Made by a program: the position numbers and the translations under genes
The notes under the pieces: model-generated
Databases searched by the model: none
What the model was told of the DNA's origin: nothing
Seen by the model: only the letters and a program-made list of their open reading frames with translations
Part shown: piece after piece, positions 53,801 through 64,000 of the stretch
Layout of the letters: each line of letters opens with the position of its first letter
How positions within the stretch are numbered: the stretch's first letter is position 1
Source: Eledone cirrhosa
Lineage: Eukaryota
Direction: 5' to 3'
DNA length: 64,000 nt
NCBI GenBank assembly: GCA_964016885.1
Contig: OZ024741.1
Location: 76,384,001 to 76,448,000 of the forward strand

Positions 53801-53922
53801 TGATTTGATGAAAGGACATTCCGGCCGTGATATTTTTCACTCGTTTTTTTTACATGTATGTATGTATGTATGTATGTATGTATGTATGTATGTATGTATG
53901 TATGTATGTATGTATGTATGTA

Positions 53923-55028
53923 TATCTCTTTCTCTTAATTTCGAGTATATTTTTTTGACCGGCCACCTTCCTGGTGGCAAGGTTGTAAAAGAAAAGAAAT
54001 TGTCATCCCTTGAATCGCAAGAATGTTTTGCAAATTTTGAAGGTGCCAGCTATCGCAGCCATTTGTAGACTATGAATTAGGGAGCTGCACTCTTTGTCCG
54101 CAAATCCAAGTTCAGTCATACTTTGGTCCAAGCGGGTTGGTATATAACCCGTAGCTCCAATAATGATGGGTATGAAGCTAAAGGTGTATCTTGGATACTG
54201 GATTTGTAAACTCCTCATCAATGGTCCGTAGATGTCCTCCTTCTCCTGTATTTTTCTGACAACGTTTACATCAACTGGGCAGCTGATCTCCACAACAGAA
54301 CATGTTTTCAATGTGTGGTCCCAAACAACAATATCAGGCCGGTTGTGCTTTAATTTGGTGGCAGTTTTTATTTTCAGGTTCCACCAGTATTCCTTAGTGC
54401 CATCTGTCTCAATATATTCTTCCTCGTTTGTTGTTAATTTTGTTTTCCGAATTGCGTTCCAGATGGTTCTAGCTATCCCATCGTGTCTCATGGGAGGTAG
54501 TAGCGAGATGACATTCTTTCGCAGCTGGCAACAATGTGGCTTACATCCTCGATCATTGTTTTACATAGCCTACATTTATTGTCAGCTGCTGGCCCTCCTC
54601 TTTTGTGCAGCAGATATTTGGTAGGGAGTTCTTGTTCCTGTATTGCATAGAGATATCCCTCAAGGTGTGATGTCATAAACTTGTCGGAACTCCATGCCAG
54701 GCTTTTTGAGTGGTTTATCCCCTCTATGGTCTGTGTTTTACGTCTCAATTATCCATGCACAACTTTTTCTGTAAATTGGTCAATTTTTTCATCTTGTTTG
54801 AACATTGAATAGGATCTTCCGATTTCTCTGGGTGAGAGATTTATATCAGGCTTTATTCCATATCTCTCCTCCAGATCAGTCGCTATTCTAATGATATTTT
54901 TTTTTCATGCTCATAAACCTGGGCAAGATGGTTGCCAACCTTTTTCCTCTGTTGAAGGTGTTGCTTCAGTGTTACTATCCGGGTCTCATATGTTGTTAAT
55001 ATGGATTTTAGACCCCGGCCACCTTCCT
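53923..55028 (-). mobile_element. Dong/R4-like RLE LINE 3' fragment between (TATG)n arrays
   Basis: CRLCKTMIEDVSHIVASC..RHD, RPDIVVWD..VVEISCP, FIPIIIGATG. Confidence 0.85.
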
Positions 55029-55084
55029 TATGTATGTATGTATGTATGTATGTATGTATGTATGTATGTATGTATGTATGTATG

Positions 55085-55684
55085 TGTCAGGTCACCAGTT
55101 GGTGCTACTGGTAACATGTATCCAAGTACAACCTGTCTCATGGTCGGGTCGTTGGCGACTAAACTGGCAACCCCACCAAGGTTTCTTGGTGAGGAGGGTG
55201 ACTTTAGATATCCTGCAGGACTAAAAACAAAACCTGTCAAAGGGCAAAGGAGCGCTTAAGAGTCAATGGCCATCCAAAATCACCAGGAGAGATGACCCCT
55301 TAGCCTTTGTCAAGGCAGAATTCTAGGAGAAGGAAAACTCTGATATAACACCTGCAACCCTGATGGTATCCAATGATGTTGCCTTGTTCTTCTTTTTGGT
55401 AAATATCATCTTGGTTAAGAGAGTGGGACTGGCTTTGTGCAGTGCCTTTGCTCACTATAAAAGCTTCACGGCACAGGCATTGCTTTATATCTCTGCACTT
55501 GTCCTCACATGGTACCATGGGCCCAGCACTATGTGTCAATAATTGTCACAAGTGTAGTGTTTGTACTAGAGTTTTCAAGTTGCTGGCTGGACTAAAAAGT
55601 CACACTCGTTCAGCGCATCGGTAGGGTTCTCCTACATGGATATAAAATAGTTGGCGTACTCGAAAACGAGTTGGCAGCCACCAT
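55085..55684 (+). mobile_element. Internally deleted RTE-derived non-autonomous element (structured 5' part + RTE 3' end)
   Basis: 3' part encodes CSVCTRVFKLLAGLKSHTRSAH* (RTE C-terminal C2H2-like); bounded by (TATG)n arrays. Confidence 0.6.
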
Positions 55685-55693
55685 GTATGTATG

Positions 55694-55727
<34 letters not shown>

Positions 55728-55753
55728 TGTATGTATGTATGTATGTATGTATG

Positions 55754-58700
55754 TTCTTCTGGTTTTATAATTTCACAAAGTTTTACCAATAGAGAGAGAG
55801 TCGGTTTCTAACATAGACACAAGACTCTCACATTGGAATTTACACAACATCAACTAGGTAGATATGTATGCATGCATACATGTGTAGATATGGATGTTAT
55901 TGTATGTGTGGATGTGGATGTTTTGAGTTGTATGTGTGCATGCGTATATGCTTTGTATCTGTACATGTGTATATGCAGTTATTAGATGCAACATTTTTGG
56001 AATGGTTTACATATTTTTACTGTTCCATTAATGGATTGTACTTGTAATCTCCTAACTAGTTGTGTTCCTGTGAAGCCTTGCTTCTCAAGATTTGTATTGA
56101 GGCAGTTACTAACATACCCCAGTGCCCCAATAATCACAGGCATAAATCTGAAGGTGTAATCAGGGTGGAGTATCTGCAGATTTCTCATCAGTTCTGCATA
56201 AATATTCTCCTTTTCGCTAATATTTGATATTATATTGGCATCTGCTGGGCAGCTAATTTCCACTACTGTGCATGCTTTCTTCTCCCTGTCCCATATCATA
56301 ATATCTGGTCTGTTATGCCTGCATTTTATTGGGGTTTTTACTGGAACATTCCACCAGTACTCTTTTATATTATGTACATGGATGTCTTCCACATTGCTGT
56401 AGCTTTTAATGTGATTATTATCGGGGCTATCTTTTTTACGAACTGCATTGTACAGTGTTTTGGCCACTACATCATGCCTCATAGGTAGATAGTACCGCGA
56501 TGACATCTTTGGACAGCTGCTGATGACATGGGTGATATCCTCGATGTTAGTCCTGCAGAGTCTGAACTTGTTATCACATCTAGGTGTTTTGCCTGCATCC
56601 CTATCTCTTTTGTGAATCAGGTATTTCGTGTTAATGGATTGCAAAAGCGTATCCTTCAAAGAGGGGGCCGATATAGTGGTTGTTGGTCCAAGATAGGCTA
56701 CTTTTTTTATCTATATTACTCTCACTCTGGAGCTTCCTGGCAACATATCCATGCATGATTTTTTGCTTATAAGCATACAGTTTTTCATCCATGGATTCAC
56801 TGCGATACTGCTGAGCCACATTCCTTGGGTGTGAGTTTTTGATTATCACACAGGGAATATCTCTCGTGGAGTTCCTTCCCAACTCTCATGATCTTATCTG
56901 TTTCATGCAGATAGATTTGCTCGAGAAACGGGCTCCTACGCTTCGAGGTTCGTAGATGTTGTCGGAGAGATATGATGCGACATTCAAATGTTGTCTGGAC
57001 TGATGTTAGGCTCTACCTCCCCGCTTACGTTTCAAGTAAAGGCGGTCTATGTCACTGTTGATGTAGAAGTTTCCAGTGTTGTTTAGTATTTTTCGAGTTC
57101 CAACATCAACTGCTTGGATGTTGTCTATTGTCCAATTGAGTATTCCAAACGTTGGTGTTAGGACAGGCACAGCAAACACATTGTGAGCCACTGTTTTGTT
57201 TTGCGCAGAGAGTTCCGATGACCAGATCTTTCTTAATCGGGTGTAGTATTCCCTGGTTACGCGTTCTTTATTACAGATACCATTATAGGATATGTTCTCA
57301 TCTATCCCCAGGTATCTGTAGCAGTCCTCATCAGATATTGGTGAAACAGTTAGGCCATTGATGACAATGTTGCTAGATTGGGTTGTTGTTTTTCCCCGCT
57401 TTACAGTCATGTATGAGCATTTATCTTGGCCAAACTCCATTCTTATATCCTTTGAGAATGTTGTAACCAGGTCAAGATTTTACTTCATCCCATCCATGTT
57501 CTTGGCATAGAGTTTCAGATCGTCCACAAAGAAATTATGAGTTAGGTTCGTATTTCTGTCCTCCTGTGAGCCAATGATGTATCCCTCATATTTCTTGAGC
57601 AAGGGGTTTAATGACAAGATGAATAATATCACAGAGAGACTGTCCCTCTGAAATATACCCCTGCAATATTTTATTTTATCAGTGAAAATAGGGTCCTCCC
57701 TCTCTGTCTTTAACCTTAGGATAGTATCCTAAGAAGAAGAAAACAGCCTCTCTATGGCTCTGATAATAATGTCTGGGACTTTAGCAAGTTAGAGGACCTC
57801 TATCATCCAAGAGTGGGGAACAGAATCGAAAGTTTTCCTGTAGTCCAGCCAGACTGTAGTTGTTTCTCCTAAGTTGTCACACTTCCTACATCGCAGTTTT
57901 GTTTATTAGTTGTTCAGCCCATCCCCAAACCCCTTTCTTTCCAGCTGCTTGTTCATCTGTGATGATGTTATTATTTTCACAGTGATCTTGGAGGAATAGG
58001 TTCAGGCAGGCTGTATACATCTTATACATCAGGTTCTGGCATGCAAAGGGTCGGTAGTTTTTTGCCAAGTGGGTGTCTTTGTTCTTGGGGACCAGTAATG
58101 TTTGTGCTAATGTCAACCATTCTGGTATAAGTGTATCTCCCTTAAGAACTTGTTGGTAGAGGTCAGTAAGATACCTCCGATAGAATATTAGTTTTTTGTA
58201 CCAGTAGTCGACAATCATGTCTCTTCCTGGTGTTTTCTTATCTTGGAGTTTTCCTATCTCAGTCTCAAGGGTACCTTCACTTATTTCGTATGTTTTTGTT
58301 GTAGTGTAGGAGCAATAGTTCTTTCGGATTTCTCTTAGCCACACTGCATCTTGGTTGAAATTATTCTTTTCACCCCATATTTTGCTCCAAAAGGAATCTA
58401 TGTCTTTCTGGGATGGGGCCTCAGTGACACTTATTATTTTGTTCTTCATATCTCTATAAACTGATGTTTGGTTTCGTCTGAATCTTTTATTAAGCACTTT
58501 TCTCTCATCTACCTTCTTCAGGTATCGGCGTTTTTCGCTAACAGCTCTCAATTCTTGTTTGAGGGTGATCAGCTTATATTGAAGAGTTCTGGTTCTACTG
58601 TTACCAAACATCGTTTCTATTTTATTTTTCACTCTTTGTTGGTGAGGAGTGAGGGTTTTTTGTGTTTGTTTGCATGTAAGGAGCATTGTCACATGTCCTA

Positions 58701-59340
58701 TGTTTTTTCGTAGGTCAGCAATCTTTTTTTTCTATTTTAGTTATATATGATGGTATTTTTGGTGGTGTTCTGTTCTTGTTAATATCTCTGCTATCACCAA
58801 GATAATGCTTCACTGTCGTTGCTAGGGCATATAAACAGGCGTTGATTTGCCAAAATGTTGGGGTTTTTATCCGTCGTAAATATTCATCCCTATTTCGTCA
58901 ATAACACGTAGTATTTCATTTTTTGGTTTTTTATTAAACATTGTCATTTTAATACGTTCAGCAAGAGAGATATTTTATACATGTCAAATTTCTTCGATTA
59001 TTATTATTTCTTCGGTTATTTTTATTATCGATAGTGTTTTCCTCAACATTCGAGGTAGACTTAGATGGTACAGGTGATGTCAAGTTTCTTACAGGCATAG
59101 TTGTTTCAAGGCACTGTTCGACCTGGTTGCTAGGAAGTCTAGTAGCACGTGTTGTTAATAACATGTTTGTTGTGGGGGACTTACAATTAATAATATTTAT
59201 CTTATTTTTATGTTCAACAAACGTCGCTTGTTGGCGTAATTGTTTCGCTGTGAAATAATTTAGCTCTGGGTACATTTCGTCCCAGTGTAGCTTCATTCTG
59301 TTCATATAGCCAATGGAGGGATTGTTTTTTGCCATTAGTT
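55754..59340 (-). mobile_element. Near full-length degenerate Dong/R4-like RLE LINE ending at (TATG)n
   Basis: N-terminal GYMNRMKLHWDEMYP..KQLRQQA; KTPGRD, KNYRPFAC, GIFQR..S, FFVDDL, MEFGQDKC, YRYLG, HVISSC..RHD, RPDIMIWD..VEISCP. Confidence 0.9.
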
Positions 59341-59341
59341 A

Positions 59342-62115
59342 TTTAGCAGTATTGGTTATAGAGTAGTCGCCACTTTAGCAGGGTGGTAGAATCAGTGGTC
59401 GTTACTTCAACAGGGTAGATGATTGAAGGTCGTTAGTTGCCAGTGTGGTAAGTGATAGTATCCTCGTTGGATTATCTTGTTGACATAGACGTGAGGGAAG
59501 GTCCCTCGATCTATTTACCATCTATTTACAATATTCCTTTCGTCAGGTCGCCAATTCCAGCAGCATGGATTAAAGATGTCATTGAGACACGAGTAACATA
59601 ACAACGATTTCAACAGCAGTAATTAGAGATGAAATGTTTGTTTATTTATATGGTTGAAGTTACAGATAAAAAGAGGTTACAAAAGGGAATGTGCCATTGC
59701 GCCGTTAAGCCGGCGAGGCTAGGGGTGCAATATCTCACTGTTACATTATGCGTGTTGCTGGCTCGAAGTTTCTGGTACAAGAGAGAGATTCTTCAAATCT
59801 TCGCGGGGAATTTCTTCCTCGGGGCGCGTAGGGGTACATCCTCTTCTACTGGCGCTGATTGGCTGAACTGAGCCAAATCACGCACAGAGAATGTATGTGA
59901 GCCCGCGGAATGTAGGTCACTACATCACCTCCGACCAGATTTTCAGCCGAAAATCGATAACGAAGAAACCAAGGACCCACATATTATTGAATCAGCAAGA
60001 ACAAATGCTGAAAGAGCACATCAGTGAAAAAAATAATTGAGCAGAAAGATTCATGCAAGAACAAAAAAAATTAGGCGCGACGGGCCGTGTTGAGCCGCTG
60101 TCAAATGACTAGCTGTTTTGTAGTTTAAACGAGACCCTCAAGGGCCTACCAGAAAACAGATAAAGTCTGACATGGGCGAAGTTGCTGTTCTTGCATTAAA
60201 TGTTAATGGTAAGCGTTGTACCAGTAGCTGTGAACGAAGCTATTATGGTAGTTTACCAGTGCTGGCAAGAAAATGATGGCCCCCAGATGTATTGTCGAAT
60301 GTGCTGTGGAGCCAGGAAAAAATGGCTGGTTGCTTTGTAAAGAAAAAAAAAAAGCAAGTTTAATCTGTAGGTGGGTTGCAGTGTAAATTCCATAATTCGG
60401 GCGAATCCACAGAAGTGGCTGAAATATTGACAAGTCCAGTTCAATTTGTTGCTTTCCCAGCGAGTCGGGCAAAAACAACAAGACGGATGGCCGTCATGGA
60501 CGATCAGTGTGCAACGAGATGTGAAGCTGTTTGAGTTCAGATGCAATTAGTATTCTCGTGTTGCGGTGCCTGTTTGAATCCAGTGGATTAAGCTCTGTGA
60601 GCTGCTAGCATGTGACAGCATCTCAACCAGGTGAAAAGGGACTCGCAGAATATTACGTTTGAAGAACATATACCAAGAACAACATGTTGGTGTGTGATAA
60701 AAAAAATGTGTGCATATGCAGGCATGTAAAACAGCAAAGAATGTGAATGAACAAAAACCATGAGCAAACAAATAGCAAAAGAGCACAAAACAAGTAAATG
60801 CATTCTACAAAGAAATATGTGAATGTAACAAACTGATAATTCAAAGTCAATCTAGGGGAGCAGAGAAATTGCTCAATAAGTTCAAAGTTTTTCAAAGTCA
60901 AATAGTTCACACATCACCAGTGTACAGACACTAGTTCTATCTGAAAACTGAAAAAGAAGTTTGCTAATGCCGTTAGGGGTTAGATGTATGGTGTTTTTGT
61001 GAGATTTCGTGGCCATCTTGTGTGGCATAAGGTTGTGTTGCTTATTGTTAAAGCAAAGTCAAAGAATCTTCTGTAGAGTAGCGGTCACCAAATATGGCAG
61101 CCACGTCTGACGCCATAATGGTGAGAAAACTACTGTCTCAATTTCTCGCGTCCCTGTGGTAACGAGACAGAAGGTATGGTGGTTGCGTCGGTAAAGTTAC
61201 AAGCCGTTTTGAAATTTCCGATGTGTGGTGGTTTGCGTCGGTAAGGCTATGAAGCTGCCACTCACTATTCCCTGCTTTGGTCAGTGGCTAAACAATGTTG
61301 TCGCTGCTGCTGCTGTATTTGTTGATCGTAGACAGGAGTTGTCGGTAGCCATTTTGAAATTTCTTCGTGGCGAAAAGTTTTTGAAATACTGCTAATTTTT
61401 CAAAAATCTTAAAAGGAATATTTTTTTATTTTCGCAAGTTGCGAAAAGGTTGGCAACGTGGCAATAAAAGTTCAACTGAATGAAAAAGAAGGGCTGCGTT
61501 AAATTCTTACGTCGGTCACCACTTTAGCAGTATTGGTTATAGAGTAGTCGCCACTTTAGCAGGGTGGTAGAATCAGTGGTCGTTACTTCAACAGGATAGA
61601 TGATTGAAGGTCGTTAGTTGCCAGTGTGGTAAGTGATAGTATCCTCGTTGGATTATCTTGTTGACATAGACGTGAGGGAAGGTCCCTCGATCTATTTACC
61701 ATCTATTTACCATCTATTTACAATATTCCTTTCGTCAGGTCGCCAATTCCAGCAGCATGGATTAAAGATGTCATTGAGACACGAGTAACATAACAACGAT
61801 TTCAACAGCAGTAATTAGAGATGAAATGTTTGTTTATTTATATGGTTGAAGTTACAGATAAAAAGAGGTTACAAAAGGGAATGTGCCATTGCGCCGTTAA
61901 GCCGGCGAGGCTAGGGGTGCAATATCTCACTGTTACATTATGCGTGTTGCTGGCTCGAAGTTTCTGGTACAAGAGAGAGATTCTTCAAATCTTCGCGGGG
62001 AATTTCTTCCTCGGGGCGCGTAGGGATACATCCTCTTCTACTGGCGCTGATTGGCTGAACTGAGCCAAATCACGCACAGAGAATGTATGTGAGCCCGCGG
62101 AATGTAGGTCACTAC
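59342..62115 (-). mobile_element. ~590-bp direct repeat (59342-59924; 61522-62115), LTR-like plus leader
   Basis: Near-identical copies. On - strand each starts TGTAGTGACC and contains CCAAT, AATAAA and a PBS-like tggcgacc. No intact internal ORF. Confidence 0.55.
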
Positions 62116-62792
62116 AGTTACAACTGAATAAAGTTTGTTTACCTTTCTTGTTGGTTGTCTTCGATACTTCCTTAATTTTGTTGATGTTGTGTTCAGCCAT
62201 GCTGTTTGTAGCAAATCCTTGTAAAATGAATTATATATTTAGTCGGATATCTCTACGAATTCGAATAAAAAGTGTCTTCAGAAGATATAGTTAGAAGAAT
62301 AACCAGTTATTCAACATGACTGTAGTTGTGGCATTACTGTCGGTGATAGCATTCATCTTAAATTTAATAAATAGTCTCCCACGCCAAAATATGCGACTGA
62401 TCGCGTTGACTGTATAGTGTATGTGTATGCATGTATGTATGAATGTATGTATGTGTGTGTGTATGTATGTATGCATTGGCGGACTGGGTCTAAAAATATT
62501 GGTTGCCAGGAAGAGACAAAGAAGCCCACATACAACTACAATACTATCATTTAATTTTATATCGAATAAATATTTTTTTTTAATCCTCTCTATTTTTGTG
62601 TATGCTATTGACAGTAAAATTGTAAAGTAAAAATACGGATTATGCGATATATTAAAAATTTCTTTATTTTTACAATAAAAAAGATCTTGTAAAATATACA
62701 CATCCACGAAATAGCAGTAATGAGCTTCGGTTTTAACACACACACGCGCGCACGCGCACGCGCACGCACGCGCACACGCACACGCACACGCA

Positions 62793-62885
<93 letters not shown>

Positions 62886-63129
62886 CATATATATATATAC
62901 TAGAGCAGAGGGAGCAATGGGTGACACTGTGAGCTCCCAAGAAAACTCTCATAACCCAGTGAGGTAGCTACGACGAGGCGAGTAAAGGCCACACCTAAAA
63001 ATGATTAATCTTCGGAGATCTGAGAAAAGTACGACTGGTGCGAATGAGACACAAACACACTGCAATGTGTGTAAACAGTAATAGCATCCCTACCACATTG
63101 TCTTTCACACGGGATAGAAAGGGACACAT

Positions 63130-64000
63130 TAGGTAGAGGAACATGTTCGAAAAATATATTGAAGTCTCCATCCAACGCTGTAAGAAATGGCGATGGGCTT
63201 AAGACTTGTCCTAGGAGACATGGGATGGAAGCACAAAGTTGATCTTTTTATATGGCCATTAGTTTAAGTACTCTTGACTTAACAATTGATGTAATTGGTC
63301 TAAGTTTGGTAATGTTGAGCAGTTCACAGATACAGATACGGTCGCTGAGCCGCTTGCCAGTCATAAGTCTCATGATGTGGTTCTGGAATGTAGAGAGCTT
63401 CTGAAGTGACCTTGTTGTCCAATTAACACAATCAGGACCATATAACACAACTGGTAGGGTGTAAGTATCGAAGATCTTAGCCTTCAAATGGTAGGAAACT
63501 AGTTTTGATGTTAGTACTTCCTTGTTCTTGTTGAAAGCTGCCCAACCTAGAGCGATGCGATACTGCACAGTAACCATTCCATTGTTGTTTGATGATAGTT
63601 TGTGACAGAGATATACAAACTCTGTAACTTGAGTAATTTGCTGGTTATAGATTGTGAGATGGAGATTGGCATTGCTTTTATCAGTTGTCATACACTTTGT
63701 TTTGGAGATGTTGATGTGTAAGCCAGCCTCCAGCGAATGTTTGGCCAGTACATTCTGAAAGTCTTGCAGATCAGTTCTAGAGTAACTCATGATGGCCAGA
63801 TCATCTGCATAGCTAAGAGTTGATAGGATTTTACCTCCTATTTGATAGCCAGAAGAGCATTCTCCTTCAGTTTGGTAAATAAGTGCAGCTATAACTATAC
63901 AGAAAAAAAAGTGCTGATAGTACAAACCCCCTGCTTCAAGATGTCTATATAGCGTGTAGTTCCCAAGTCTGTTTTGATATATGCTGTTGAGTTGGTGTAA
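63130..64000 (-). mobile_element. Non-LTR retrotransposon RT fragment (RTE-like)
   Basis: ORF 63248..63925: LSYADDL, GLHINISKTKCM, EFVYL, LPVVLYG. Confidence 0.85.

Overview
AT-rich, microsatellite-dense metazoan genomic DNA. The SINE and LINE repertoire looks octopod/cephalopod (inference). The window is almost all repeats: tRNA-derived SINEs, RTE-, Dong/R4-, Hero- and CRE-like LINE remnants, a mariner relic, minisatellites and an LTR-like duplication. One host gene is visible on the + strand: two in-phase exons (24303-24486 and 35091-35220) that splice into an EPS8-like SAM domain. The standout is a Penelope-like element (PLE) system. A young 4.7-kb fold-back PLE (open RT + GIY-YIG ORF, ~1.7-kb inverted arms) lies in the host intron, with at least two older PLEs nearby. 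A series of unrelated short palindromic inserts sit in (TA)n tracts and share one geometry: two inverted arms, with a ~30-80-nt extra tail on only one arm. Many carry minimal type I hammerhead ribozyme motifs (CUGANGA...GAAA-palindrome-UH), from at least six different sequence families. Coordinates were read by eye, and the edges of degenerate elements are approximate.
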